From Octopus sinensis (lineage: Eukaryota): a stretch of 64,000 nt of DNA. Numbering within the stretch: position 1 is the first letter of the stretch; each line of letters begins with the position of its first letter. A program made the position numbers and the translations under genes. Location: assembly GCF_006345805.1 (NCBI RefSeq), contig NC_043006.1, forward strand, positions 91,512,001 to 91,576,000, in the 5' to 3' direction. This document shows, one piece after another, positions 24,170 through 38,367 of the stretch. The notes below the pieces were generated by a model that searched no databases, was not told the origin of the DNA, and saw nothing but the letters and a program-made list of their open reading frames with translations.

Positions 24170-26230
24170 CTTCATAATCAAAGTTTCGACACCAGAAAGA
24201 AGACTCATCTGAAATACCTGAGTGCCACATGATTTTTAAGCTTATTCTAGGCCGTTCGGGCTTGCGTGTAAGCAAGTATTTCTTATTGTCAGCAACATAG
24301 GAGCCAAAGTACTTGAAGTTACTGACCCCTTGAGTTTTGTATCATTGTTGGAACAAAGTGAAAAGCCGCTTCTATCTTCTTTGATGTTCATGTATCCAGC
24401 CTTCATTGCATTGAGAAACAAACCAACTTTGGCTGCACCATTCTCAAGCGATGCTAACTGGCACTCCAACGTGCGGGAGGCTGAATACTTCACAGACACA
24501 TTGCGCTCTTAACATCATAATCCATGGGAGAATCAGTGTGACACAGAATGTGACAAGGCCGGTCCCCTTGACATATAGATACAGCTCATTTTTGCCAGCT
24601 GAGTGGATTGGACAACGTGAAATAAAGTGTCTTGCACAAGGACACAACACATCGCCTGGAATTGAACTCACAACCTTACGATCGTTAGTCGAATGCCCTA
24701 GTCGCTAAGGGATGTTGGCAAAGCTGGAGCATCACATAGTTATGTAAGCAAGCTAATTGGTATTGTGAAGCTCACAGATATGTGCTCTGCAGATGTCCTG
24801 ATCACTTCCACTTGACGGTGAAGCTGTTGCCATGAATGGCACCAAGATTGCCTAGGGATGCTGTCCAGGACAATCCCAAAGAGAAGATGTAGAATATCTT
24901 CCCGAAGGATTCCTACAGTTGTCGGACTGTACTTTAAAGATGGACCGTCGTGTGCTTTTCACAAAGCTTGTATGCATGATGGATTTTCGTATATGATGCA
25001 ATGGCTTTGGCAATCTCATCTAGGATATCTTAGTTGAACAGGATCTGAAACTTGATACTTCTTTTCACACTAAATATGCTTTGTAGAAATGCATAAATAC
25101 AATTTATGCTTTCATAGATTTTTCTGATGGCAAGTCTCTGTGGTGGAGTTGATTTAACTTTGTGGAAGACGTTTCATCGCAGGATGGGATCAATATAACA
25201 AGGAATTCTATTCAAGGAGCATAGAATAATAAATTTTCGAAGTAAGAATGCAGTTCTGTAATTCTAAACCAGTTTTAAAGTCGCTTTTCTTTGGATCTGC
25301 AACAATTGAAGATTCAAGATTTGGTTTGTTTCCTTTACAGGTCTCACAGAAGTCAAACAGATTTTTGTGGAATATCAAACTCTTCCAGATGACAGCTGGA
25401 ATCTTATCCGGAACTGGCGTCTTGTTTCTGAAACTTTCAAAAGCATTTTTCTAAAGTTCTCTGATGAATTATCCATCCTAGATCGATAGGTTACATCTAC
25501 TAATTTGTAATTGAAGAAAGGATCGTCGTCAATTTCGGTGCTGCGTAGCTCTGTTTTACCAAGTGACAATTTAAAGAACTGAAATCAGTAGCGTAAATGC
25601 TGGTCAGTGGGTTTCCCAACTAAAAGGATCACCGCAGAAAACTCTCTTGTTGATAAGTTCCTTCAGAAATTTCATGAAGCTCTTTCGTTTTGGACCCAAC
25701 CTGTACATCTAATACCAGTTTGTACGCTTCATCATGGGCAGCTTAGAAGAATCCAAGTTCCTTCTTCAAATTATCTCTAGAACTTATGATCAGAAGCAAA
25801 GACTAGTGTCTTCTTTTTCTTTCTCTGTGGAGAGCAATTCTCGTGGCATATCTTTGTTGGCAGCAGTGGTTAGGGTGTCATATACATCTCTGCAATACTC
25901 GTCCTCAAGCCTGTGACACAGAGGGACGCCACCGACGGATGAACCTGTTGCGTACTGCAACTGTAAACTTCTCACATAAGTTGGCATCACCTGACACTTT
26001 TCCCCATTGACTTTGTTTCTTAGAATCTTTGACTGCTATTCGGTTCTTGCCGTAACTTATCTGGAATTTGCACGAAACCGTTTTAACATGTATAGCGTCA
26101 AGTTGCCATAGCAATGATGATTTGCTTATCCAGAGCCTAACACTATGGGTCTAAGATCTTGTATTAATAGGAACATGATATTGATGTTCCAGTAAATTTT
26201 CCATGTGCTTGCCATTTCTATTGGTCCCTT
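24170..26230 (-). mobile_element. Degenerate RTE/RTEX-like LINE (post-endonuclease linker to RT), interrupted by a SINE
   Basis: Minus remnants KFTVAVRNRF, PDKIPAVIWK, GIVLD and LENGAAKVGLFLNA..FKYFGSYVAD. Heavily mutated. Confidence 0.7.
24510..24712 (-). mobile_element. SINE family C inserted in the LINE relic
   Basis: Reverse complement of the 23196-23520 type (gtgtccttgtgcaagacactttatttcacgttgtccaatccactcagctggcaaaaatg). Confidence 0.8.
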
Positions 26231-26333
26231 TACAGTAAGTGAAAAGCAAAAACAAGAGAGAAAGAGAGAGAGAGAGAGAGAGGATGAGAGAGCGCGAAAA
26301 GGATAAAAAAGGGAGAGAGAGGGAGAAAAGTGT

Positions 26334-26383
<50 letters not shown>

Positions 26384-26454
26384 TGTTGAGTTGTAATAAA
26401 AACAATTTTGTATTAATCTCAGGGTTACTTTATATTTTGTGAAGTACAAGTATA

Positions 26455-26575
26455 CGAACAACAAACAGGTGTATTAGTTTAATACTCGGGAAGAATGGAA
26501 AAGTCTTTTGCGTTTCTCCCTACGCTTTTCGACAGTACGGATTAAGAGGGGACAAAAATGAAGAGAGAGAAAATG
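26455..26575 (-). mobile_element. Degenerate copy of the PLE-type terminal repeat with CUGUCGA hammerhead-like core
   Basis: Homologous to 58935-59030 (ctgtcgaaaagcgtagggagaaacgcaaaagac..aaactaatacacctgtttgttg). Confidence 0.7.
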
Positions 26576-26604
26576 TGCAGATTTCAACGGTCCAAACTGG
26601 TGAT

Positions 26605-27288
<684 letters not shown>

Positions 27289-27292
27289 ACTT

Positions 27293-27672
27293 GTTTCAGT
27301 CATTAGACTGCGAACATGCTGCAGCACCGCCTTCAACGAATCGACCACCAGTACTTGTTCAATCGGTGTCTTTTGCTGAACTACTAAGTTACAAGGACGA
27401 AACACACCAACACCGCTTGTCAAGCGGTGGTGAGGGACAAACAGACATAAAGATATACACACATATACACACATGCACATATACACACACACGCTCTCTC
27501 TTTCTCTTTCTATCTCTCTCTCTCTCTCTCAAATACACATACTAGCAAGGGGCTTCTTTCAGTTTCTGTCTACCAAATCCATTCACGAGGCATTGGTCAA
27601 CCCGAGGTTATAGTAGAAGACACTCGTCCAAGGTGCCATGCAACGGGACTGAACCCGGAATCATGTAGTTAC
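27293..27672 (-). mobile_element. SINE family B with internal microsatellite
   Basis: Both halves match 51061-51450 and are separated by a (CA)/(CT) tract at ~27445-27545. Confidence 0.8.
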
Positions 27673-27917
27673 GAAGGTACTTATGTATGTGTGTGTTTGT
27701 ATCTTTGTGTTTGTCCCGACGACTTGATGTGTTTAGCAATTCGATAAAAGGAACCGATGGAATAAGTATCAGGCTGTAAAAGAATAAGTAGTGGTTTCGA
27801 AGATGGTGCCCCAGCTTGGCCTCAGTCCAATGACTGAAATAAGTACAAGATAGAAGACACACATGCGTGTGTGTGGGATAATGCTTGCTTTGATGTTCAG
27901 TTATAATCCTTTCTACT

Positions 27918-28115
27918 ATAGGCACAAGGCCTGAAATTTGGGGGAGGGGAGCTAGGAGATTATATCGACCACTGTACACAACTGGTACTCAATTTGTCAC
28001 CCCCACCGGAAGGATGAAAGGTAATGTCGACCTCAGCGGAATTTGAACTCAGAACGTAAGGACAGACGAAATCCCGCTAAGCATTTCACCCGGCGTGCTA
28101 ACGCTTCTGCCAGCT
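27918..28115 (-). mobile_element. SINE family A
   Basis: Reverse complement of the family A pattern. Confidence 0.82.
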
Positions 28116-28932
28116 ACAAATTTATTATTCTAAAACAAGAATATTATTGACACTTACGATGGGTTAACTTCCGACACTTCGAAGTACCTGTTAATAATAC
28201 ATACATACATACATACATACATACATGTATACATATATATATATATGTAAAGCATACATGTATGTATGTGGGTGTGTATATATATGTGTATATATATATA
28301 TATATAAACACACATATGCATGCATACAAATATATTCATCTATACACCCACACGCACCCTGCCCCCGACACATGTATATATATATATATATATAAACGTC
28401 AGCCATTGTTTCTGTAATTAGCCCAGTGAATATTAGTTGACGTGATCATTGTAATTGTGTTATGTCAATATGTTGTTGTTGTTGTTGCTGCCGTTATTGT
28501 TTCTGTTGTTGTCGTTGTCAACACGCACCGTTCTTCTGATTATCTGCCACAATAGTCATTATCGATCTGCTTCGCTTCATCTCTACAATGTTTGTTTTGC
28601 TCTACATTTAACAAATGGCTGCCATTAGAAGCCTCCATAATTACCACTCACATCGATTCTGCTGCTCTCCAACATCTACTAATTACTCCTACTGCTATAC
28701 TTGCGCTTCTTCTTCTTCTTCTTCTTCTTCCTCCTCCTCCGCCTCCTCCCCCTCCCCCTCCTCTTCTTCTTCTATTCATTATTATTTCTATTACTTTATT
28801 GTTGTTGTTGCTGTTGTTATTGTTCCTTTTCCTTTTCTTTGGCCCAACGCCAAGTCAAATGAGATTATTGCAACTGAGAACATTTTGCTTATCATTATTG
28901 TGATTGTCATTATTATTATTATTATTATTATT

Positions 28933-29362
28933 GAGTGAGAGAGCAGTGCATGCCATCAAAGTGACACTGGGGTAAAATATACGAAGCCCAGTATACCCAT
29001 CATGACTACCCGTCTGATAAGGGTACACTAGGCACATGCATCACAACTATATGTGCGCGACATGGTGATCTCATATGAAGATAAACAGCACATGACCTTG
29101 CAGGTGGGGCCCAGTTAGAATTTTCTTCTGGTCGAGTAGCCCATCCCACTCAAAAGGTCCTTGAATAAGAGTTATTTAAGGATGTTAAATGAAACACCCA
29201 TGTTTCCAGAGGTGAATTATTTAAACCCCAAAGAATCCCTCTCAACACATGGCTATGATGCTCCCCCACTACTTCTGCTCGTGATCAGAGATGCACATAT
29301 CGTCAGCCACTAAGAGACATGCTCAACTGGTTAAGGTCAAACAACTGACAAGCAAATCTGTG
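28933..29362 (-). mobile_element. Second copy of the (AAT)n-flanked unclassified repeat
   Basis: Homologous to 12320-12708 plus an extra 3' end (..gcactgctctctcactc-AATAAT). Flanked by ATT repeats on both sides. Confidence 0.8.
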
Positions 29363-30254
29363 ATTATTATTATAGTTGTTGTTGTTGTTATTATTATTAT
29401 TATTATTGTTGTTGTTGTTATTATTATTATTATAGTTGTTGTAGTTGTTATTATTATTATTATTATTGTTGTTGTTGTTGTTGTTATCAATATCATGATC
29501 GTGGTTGTAATCATCGTCATCATCATCATCATCGCTGTTATTCTTCACCCACCTCATTCTGCTGCTCCCTCCTTCCCTCCCTTTCTCTTCTCTCTCTTCC
29601 CTACCCATTCTTCTCCTCGCCCTCTTCTCCATCTCTCTTTTCCCCCTTTCCGTCTTTCTCTCCCCTCGCTCTCTCTCTCACCATTCCTTCATAAATATCA
29701 CCACCACCACCACCACCACCACCACCATCATCATAATCATCATTATTGTCATCGTCATCACTTTAACAGTTGGCTCGCTAATATTCTCGTGTTTATCAAT
29801 TGTCATTATTGTATTATTGTGGTTTCCATCGAAATTTCAAAAATTAATTTAAGACACGGAACCAATTCAATGTGACTTAACGAAGTAAAAGTGTAAAGCT
29901 CTCCTCTTCTACCACCGCACCTTACTCTCCCGCTCCCCGCCCTTCAGCCACAAAAACAATGGAATCACTCTACCTGGTCAATAGCTCTGTTGTTAAACAT
30001 TGGATTAAGATTGATGTTCATCACCGCATGGACTCCACGGGGCATTACGAAGAATGTCGACGAAGATTCTATCGCCTTCTTCACGTTCAATACAATCTTG
30101 TTATTGACAAGAAATGGCATTGTTCTTCAGCGCGGATTCTGCCCGTTTCGAAATAGCGTTCTGTGGGTGTTACAATGGATGATGTGATAGTTACACGGAG
30201 CAATACAACAGTTACTGGATCGGATCAGTGATAATCTGTGCATATCAGCAGTGG

Positions 30255-30545
30255 CGTTTCGTTGCTCTTTAACGTGTTTCACTCTCTGAACTGCGGCCAT
30301 GTTGGAGCACTGAATTGAAGGGTTTAGTCAAACAAATCGACTCCAGTATTTATTACCGTGTAAGTCTGGTACATATTCTACTGGATGTATTCCACACGGA
30401 AACAGGATTCCACACAGTTTCCGTTTACCCTATTCACCTAAAGAATTGATCGGCCCAGCGCTAGAGCAGAAGCTACTTGTCCAAGATGCCTCTTTGTCGG
30501 ACCGAACCAGAAACCATGTGGTTGCAAAGTGAGATCATTAATCCC
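30255..30545 (-). mobile_element. SINE family B, diverged
   Basis: ctgcggccatgttggagcac..gtccaagatgcc..ggaccgaaccagaaaccatgtggttgcaaagtgag matches the family B reverse complement. Confidence 0.7.
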
Positions 30546-30861
30546 ACAACGAAGTTATCAGCCACACGCTCTTTCTATGATATCCATTTATCTGCACTAC
30601 GGTCTACAGACAGCGTTTACCGTTCGAAACAGGAACTGCGCCATCTACAATTCTGTCAACTTTATGCTATATGGTGGAATTCAAAGATTGTATAGAGATA
30701 TAGATATCGATCTATTCGATTAGTCTTTGCGTGCTCCCAGTCATTGACAATCTGGGACTGCTAAAATAAGCATTAGTAATATAACGGGATTGATTGCAAC
30801 TGCCTTTGTTTAAACAAAAAATGGCGAACACACGCCAACAAATTAACTTGATATTCTTTTC

Positions 30862-31064
30862 TTATTTTGGTACAAGGCCAGCACTTTTGAGGGCTGGGGA
30901 AATCGATTATATCGACTCCAGTGTTCAACTGGTACTTATTTTCCCGATTCCAAAGGGACGAAAGGCAAAGTTGACCTCAGCAGAATTTGAATTCAGAACG
31001 TAAAAACGGACGAAATGCCGCTAAGCACTTCGACCGGCGTGCCAACCGTTCTACCAGCCCGCCG
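30862..31064 (-). mobile_element. SINE family A
   Basis: Reverse complement of the family A pattern. Confidence 0.8.
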
Positions 31065-31154
31065 CCCTCGTCGCCGTCGCCGTCGCCACCTTGATAATAT
31101 GCTTAATATTGCACTGGATATTCATTATAGGCAATTTATGTATTATAATTTTTG

Positions 31155-31365
31155 GGCAGAATCGTTAGCACGCCGGTCGAAATGTTTAACTGCATTTCGT
31201 CCGTCTTTACGTTGTGAGTTCAAATTCCACCGAGGTCCACTTTGTCTTTCATTCTTCCAGGGTCGATAAAGAATGTACTATTTGAATACTGGAATCGATG
31301 TAAACCACTTACCTCCTTCTCCCAATATTACCAGCCTTGCACCAACATTTGAAACCAATATGGTT
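31155..31365 (+). mobile_element. SINE family A
   Basis: ggcagaatcgttagcacgcc..gagttcaaattcc..ctttcattcttccagggtcgataaa..tttgaaacc. Confidence 0.8.
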
Positions 31366-33551
31366 TCAATTTTTATAATTTTTTCCATTCTCTTTGATAT
31401 TCCAATTGAATGTTTACCGCATTTTATTGCAGTTCTTTGGTATGAGTTCATTATTTCCTCATTGATATTATTGCGATTGCGATGTTGTTGATATAACTTT
31501 GAATGCTATACGATTCTCATTGTATATGGATTTGATAATAATACATAGAATGAACGGGAGTTATCAATACAGAGACTGACGTCCTCATTACTGCTTGACA
31601 ACATCGCTTGATCAGTTGTTTGGGAATTATTAACTGACTCCGCCATTGTTGATCACAACTGAACGAGGCCCGAAGTTAATGGATACGAAAGGGATCAGTG
31701 AAGTCAAGTTTACTGGAAAAGTTTTCATTGATTAAATTAATGCAATATCAAACACAATGCTATAAAAGCAAGCTTCTCATTTCTTGCACTGACTGTACAA
31801 TAAAGGTGGAATAATGAACACTTAGGAACAATACCATTATCTCTTTATACATCTTTGCAGAACCTCACATTCACGGTTGCAGTGAGATTTGTTTGAGGCT
31901 TTTTTCCTTTTGAGATCTTAGAATGGATTTTCCTGGTACATATTGTGCAAGCATTACATTATAATTTTCATTTGGATTAGAGAAAATATTAATGCTTCAA
32001 TGTTATAAAATAATTCTTCCATTTCCTGCTTTCCTGTTGCTCCACTTTTTATTCCCAATTTCCCCTACAACTAACGGAAAGCTCAAGGAGCGAGAGAAAA
32101 AGAAAGTCAATTTATTTTTGAATAACTCTAAAGCAGAAAACTGAAATGGGGATAGAAAAATTAAGAAGTATAAATATTGAATTCCCTATCACAATTAAGG
32201 GAAATTAGAGGCTGCGATCAGCTCTGTGGGACTTTGGAAGATGAAGAGTAAAATCAATTTGAAAAATTTCAGGCTACGAAAATATTAAAACACCTCCAAT
32301 GAGGAAGTTTGTAAGATTTAGGGGAACAAGTCTGCAGAAATTTGACAGTTTAACCGCGAAGCTGAATTAAAAGAGCTCCTGTTCAAAATATCGGTAAATC
32401 AAAGGATAAATTATAATATATTTCAATAGACAGGAAATTCTGCAACAAAAAATGGCTTTAAGTAGACATAATCGTATGGGCCCCTATTGCAGTGCACGAA
32501 GTGAAATAGGAATTCAATTTCAGTCTCTGATTTAATTCACTGAGAGCTGTTCAGGCTTTGTTATGAAATATATTACATAATTGAACAATGGGATTTGTAA
32601 ATAACGTCCCTATCACTTTCGAAGATGAGTAGTGTAAGAGGCATGATTTTCCACAGACATTGGCACCCTTAATGTGATCCCCATCCAGAACCAGTGGACC
32701 ACTATGAGGCTACAGCGTGTTCAACGCTGACTTATTTGAAATCAGATGCTTTGATCTTTACCTCGTTCCCCTCTTCTCTGTCTCTGTTTGTGTGTGTGTG
32801 TGTGTGGTGTGTAAGTATATTTCGCTTTATGTGTGTGAAAAGAGGCGAAAAGGTTTATGTCAATCGTGTTCAATTAATAAATTGTAATGTCTCACTCTCT
32901 CGCGTTCTCCCTATCTCTTACTCTTTCTGCTTGCATCTGTATATATCTGCACGTGTGAGCGTTTGTGTTTACCTCTTGTGCCAAAAAGTACTATCACCAA
33001 ACCAGGATGAATATCCAGTCGGCTGTACTAAATCGCCAGCGTCCAAACTGCTGCATCCGATCGCCTAGTTCCGATGACTGCTGTCGCTTTAAATTACTGC
33101 TCTAATGCGACCCACGCGTTTCCATACTATGTTTGTCTATTTATACGGCTTGGGCCGACACGGACTGATGTAGAAACACTGACGTCAGATATTACACAGT
33201 GGAATCAAACACGAACACACCTTCATTGTGAAACGAAGTTATAAAGCACTAAACCCTCTATAATAGCAGCCAAATCCCCCTCGAAGCATACTATACAGCA
33301 TTAAAAACAGGAAAGAAATATTAAATAAAGAACACCTTGAAAATATTAAATAGACTGAAAGGTCACGGCTGGAAACCTATAAATATAGATGTATTTGGTC
33401 GAGGTTTACTTGTGACGAAACAACCAAAGGCAAGGACTTGATGTATTACAAGACACACAAGACATTTCCCTTTAAAATGCTTAGTAAGTATAACGCAGTT
33501 CTCACCTATATAGTAGGCTGTTACAGCTATTAGAATGCGGCATCCTTAGTG

Positions 33552-33912
33552 ATTTTAAATTTTGGCACAAGGCCGGCAACTTAGGGGCAGGGATTAAGTC
33601 GATTAGTTAATTTATCGACCCCGAAAGGATGAAAGAAAAGTTGACCCCGACGGTATTTGAACCCAGAACGTAAGGAATACCTATTTCTTTACTACCCACA
33701 AGGGGCTAAACACAGACAGGACAAACAAGGACAGACAAACGGATTAAGTCGATTATATCGACCCAAGTGCGTAACTGGTGCTTATTTAATCGACCCCGAA
33801 AGAATGAAAAATAAAGTCGACCTCGGCAGAATTTGAACTCAGAACGTAAGGACGGAAGAAATAACGCTAAGTAGATTGTCCGGCGTACTAATGATTCTGC
33901 CAGCTTGCCACC
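33552..33912 (-). mobile_element. SINE family A, dimer form
   Basis: Two units joined at 33680/33681 with the same ..AATAC|CTATTTCTTTA.. junction as 14063/14064. Confidence 0.82.
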
Positions 33913-34323
33913 TTAATTACGCCATCTTTATTAAATACCGTTGAGGGTTTTTATAACAGCTATATGTCAATAAGTTTCTTCTTATTTATATTCTGAAACG
34001 AAACACGTTGAGCCTCATAACTCACCGACGTAGAAAAGAAGCTCAGAAAAGTACGTCATTCGAGCTAAGAGCTAAGCACTAACATAAGCACTGGTTTCTA
34101 TATCTCTCTCCTTTCTGTTTCTCTCTCTCTCTCTGTCACTCTGTCTCTATCTGTTTCTCTGTCTGTCTGTTTCTCTCTATCTAGCTATTAATTCTGTATG
34201 TAAAAATATGTGTGCAATTGTATTGCAATATGCGTTATCTAAATTATCATATATATATATATATATAGGATATAGTATTATTGTACATTCAACTCAAACA
34301 CACAGACATACGCACTGTAAAGA

Positions 34324-34359
<36 letters not shown>

Positions 34360-34789
34360 GTGTGTGTGTGTGTGTAATGTGTGCGTACACGTGTGTGTAT
34401 AGGCACACAATGCATATTTATATACATCTGTATGCCTATCTATGTCTCGATCTAAAGATATCCAGATCGAAACATTATGTTTTAGTGATTTCACCGAGGA
34501 ATACCGAATAAATTAAAATATAGACTCCATTACAGAGTTCACATTTTAATAATGTAATACGATATTACTCAGAGGAGGGAACAGCACGAGACTTGCTCGA
34601 AAGTTAATAAATAATAACTGCTTCTAAAATAAATTATCATTAATTTGAATTATCAAAAATAATTTTCTGTAAATTCGACGAACGGTAGCTTGTATTCTTT
34701 ATTGTTTTCAGTTTTGTTGTAAACTTATTATTGTTTTAGACGTCCTGTTGTTTCTGCTCTTCATATATAACAGAATTTATATCTTGTGT

Positions 34790-35200
34790 GTAGGCATGGT
34801 TATGCAGTTAAGAGGATCGCTTCGGTCTCTTTGTCCAAATCCGTCGAATCGCTTTCTCTACTTTTTCGCTAATGGAAAGTATGGCTCCTCTTTTCGTTCA
34901 CCAAGTGATTTCAAGCCTAATCGGAGCTTTGCAAAGAGATCACCCTGCTTCACAGCCAATATCAATTGCTTTGCAATGCTCTGCTAGTCTCGGCTTCTGC
35001 ATTGCACTGTCAAATGTTAGCTCACAGCATTTGGCAATCATTATAGCATGACCCTTTTTTGTGTGTTATTTCCAGGGCAAACCCAGCGTGCATACAATTA
35101 CCCGAGAAAAAGACTGTCTGGGCAATGTGCCGCTGGTACGGTATGCTTCAGGAACTTTAGCGTCTTAACAAGATGCATTCTCAGCTGATAGTCTGGGGGT
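34790..35200 (-). mobile_element. Possible RTE-type AP-endonuclease relic
   Basis: Minus frame SIAKQLILAVKQGDLFAKLRLG..FDGFGQRDRSDPL resembles the GDFNAKxG / FGxGxRN APE motifs. Very degenerate. Confidence 0.4.
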
Positions 35201-35216
35201 TATATAAAATTGGCAA

Positions 35217-35442
35217 GGCGGCGAGCTGGCAGAAACGTCAGCACACCGGGCGAAATGCTTAGCGGTATTTTGTCTGCCGTTACGTTCTGAGTTCAAATTC
35301 CGCCGAGGTCAACTTTGCCTTTCATCCTTTCGGGGTCGATAAATAAAGTACGAGTTACGCACTGTGGTCGATGTAATCGACTTAATCTCTCTGTCCTTGT
35401 TTGTCCCCTCTGTGTTTAGCCCTTTGTGGGCAATAAAGAAAT
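35217..35442 (+). mobile_element. SINE family A, monomer with long tail
   Basis: Near-consensus head ggcggcgagctggcagaaacgtcagcac..gagttcaaattccgccgaggtcaactttgcctttcatcctttcggggtcgataaa. Confidence 0.88.
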
Positions 35443-35627
35443 ATATATAAAATGGACACAGCCACTGGTGTTGCAGTGAATAGAACTTCTCTACAGTCAT
35501 GAGAATAGAGAGGGTTTTCTTTTTGGAATAATGTTTAACCATGTCGTGATACCTGTGGAAGGGACCATCGTTCATTGTTTTGGGAAGCTGCTGAGATGTT
35601 GAATGGATCCTCAAGCAGTATATAGAC

Positions 35628-35668
<41 letters not shown>

Positions 35669-36254
35669 ATATGGGGGAATGCGCTGTAACAACACATCGC
35701 TGCATCTACTGTTTCTATGGTAATTCCCTACACTTGGCGGGTGACACCTTTGCACCACTCAGGCTACAACCCACGGGTCTGTTTGGATAATGGATGCTGG
35801 GAATGCAAATCCTACCTTAATCTCTTTTAGTCGTCTTTTACGACACGCAAAGGAAACGGTGGGTCTATTCTCTGACATGTCAGTCTTCACACAGTATAGA
35901 AGGCTATACTAAAAATAAATCTATAGTTGGTACTGAATGTACGAAGTCATTAACAATCGTAAATGACTGTTCTACATACAATTTCCTCGTGGTCCGAATA
36001 AAAAGGGATCGGTTTGGTTATGGTTTTAATAGCCATTAATATTTTATAACCAACTGATGACTTTCCTTTTAACTGCCAACGGCGAAACTTGCATCTGTAG
36101 CCCCTATTACAAAGGACCAAATAAGGTACACTGATTAGCATAAATGATGTGATTTTGATAATTAATTCAATTAAATAAATTAATGATGCTTTATATGCAC
36201 TCATCTTTTTTTTATGGTTTATAACGGAATATGTGTATACCATGCGATATCATG

Positions 36255-36410
36255 CGCGTGGTCTAATTGTTAGAGTGTTTGCATCACGTTCGTTAGATTG
36301 TTGGTTTCGATTCTCGAAACGGGCGAGGTGTTGTGTCCTTGGCTAAGGCATTTCAGTTCATGTTGCTCAAGTCAGCTGGGCTAAAAATGTGGATCAGCGG
36401 CAGCTGGAAG
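36255..36410 (+). mobile_element. SINE family C, diverged
   Basis: tRNA-like head plus gtgttgtgtccttggctaaggcatttcagttcatgttgctc. Confidence 0.65.
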
Positions 36411-37123
36411 TGGTTAACCCTACAGAGGATTGGTGATCCATTCATATGGAGTGACTTGTACCCTTAGTCGTTTAACACTGCGGGGTTTGTTTAAGCTCCG
36501 GCTTAGTGGCCCAGTAGGCCCGAAGCAACTAGCAGTGCCATGTTTTTGTGTCTAGTATTCAGCAGGAACTGTGGGGGATCCAAAGCACGAGAAAGTGTTT
36601 TGTTCTTTTGCATTGTTAAGTTCAAATCTTCCTACGTGGTTGAAAAACCAATCCAAGGAACCGCCATAAAGGCATCACTCTCCGCGATGTCTTTAGCGTA
36701 TAAAGAAATTAATAAAAAGGAATGCAGATTAAGTTTATACCCAGAAAAAGATTTGTTAGGCATTTACTTCACATTAAGGAGAATGGAAATAAAAAGCAAT
36801 TTCCGATGCCATCAAAATTGGAAGAAAAAAAAATTAAATATGAAAATGTTTAAAAAAGGTATTTGTATTAAATTTAAACAATGTTAGATTAACGTAACAA
36901 ATTAATTCTTTTTATTTTTTCGTAATTTCAAAACAATTTCTCTTTTCATCATCGAAATTTGCTTTAAACACCTAATTTACTTTAGATGGGATTGCTACAA
37001 TTTTTTTAAAAAAAGAGGAAATTATAAAGGTAAAATTTAATTCCAACCAAGAATAATACACTTTAACCGCACGAAAACAATGTTAAAGTATTAAAATAAT
37101 GCCCTTTAATACTATAAAAGCTT

Positions 37124-37700
37124 TCATAATCCCCTTACACGATGACAAGAAAAAGATTGTTGGTTAAAAATCGATTTAGGATGTTTTGGGTTTTGTTTAC
37201 ATATTCGCCTTTCATCGACTTTCGCTAGAGATTCGGTAGCAAAGATATGACGTTGCTTAGCAACCATGTCATTTGCAAACTCATCACTTAACTGGAACGC
37301 CACCCCAGAAAATATGCTTTCGAAACCCTTGTGAAGTTCCTTTTCCCGTTTCTTTGTTTGTTGTTGCAAATTGCCTATTTGAAGGTCAGGTGTACTCAAA
37401 CCAGAGAATAAGAGGCTAATTTAATAGCTGCACAGAACTCCCTTACGTTAATGGACAAATCAGGCAGCTTTGAAGCGACCGTGTTGCTCTAACTAAAAAT
37501 GTAAGACAGAAACGTTCGGCCGTTGCAGAGCCCTCGCCGGATCTGATGAAGTGGATGCTACATAGTAACCTAAATGTCAGACACATCTCCCTCAAATCAT
37601 ATCTTACTTTCATATAAAAAGATGGAGATGTTGAATAATGTAGTCCCAGACGCATCACCATGATTTGTTTTTGCTAGAATGATCTTAACTATGCTCGACG
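37124..37700 (-). pseudogene. Possible piggyBac-like transposase relic
   Basis: Minus ORFs include LGLHYSTSPSFY..FRLLCSIHF and KVDERRICKQNPKHPK, loosely like piggyBac DDD-domain motifs (xxDE..KQYxPxKP). Weak match. Confidence 0.3.
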
Positions 37701-38303
37701 GGACTAAGAAAGGAATGAGCAACAATTTGGTCGCTGGAAAATGCACATCCATTGTGAAATTTTCATATGATATTAATCAAAATTCCGGCCCTAACATTTT
37801 TAAAACAGTCACATTTGGTAAAACAGCCAAACATTTATTATGATGTTTGGAAGCTGGAGTCAGTAAATTGTCTCTAATTTTTTTTAATTTTTGCCTTACT
37901 GCATAATTTCTCTATCTGCTCTCCTCATACCCATTCGTTTCTTTCGAGGACTTTGCTGTATCAGACGAGAAGAGGCTCCTTCTCTTAGTTTAATTCCTCT
38001 GAAATTGCTGGACCAAGGTTTGTACTTCCACCTCTCAAAATATAAAATAGCGGATTCTGACAAAGTGGAAGAAAAAGAAGGCAGTACCCCAGTACTTTAT
38101 TTATCGAATCCCGTTGCAATCAAACGATTGCAACGGGATTCGAATTCAGAACGTAAAGAACGGGAACAATTAATGCCAGACATTTACTGTCAGACGCTCT
38201 AACGACTCTGCCAACCCTCTGGCATAAGCGATAGCACACCACACACACACACACACACGCTTATGTATGCATTTACGTATGTCCATGTATGTCTGTATGT
38301 ATG

Positions 38304-38367
<64 letters not shown>

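Noticed and set aside
29949-30187. Candidate exon after the polypyrimidine tract ..CCCTTCAG
   Set aside because: Two frames are open for 70-80 codons but neither resembles a known protein, and no good donor was seen.
32050-32600. A-rich segment suggestive of a LINE relic
   Set aside because: No diagnostic RT or endonuclease motif could be read.
35076-35140. Candidate 60-65 nt exon (TTTCCAG..CTG|GTACGG or ACG|GTATGC)
   Set aside because: It lies antisense within a probable LINE endonuclease relic, and no partner exons or recognisable peptide were found.
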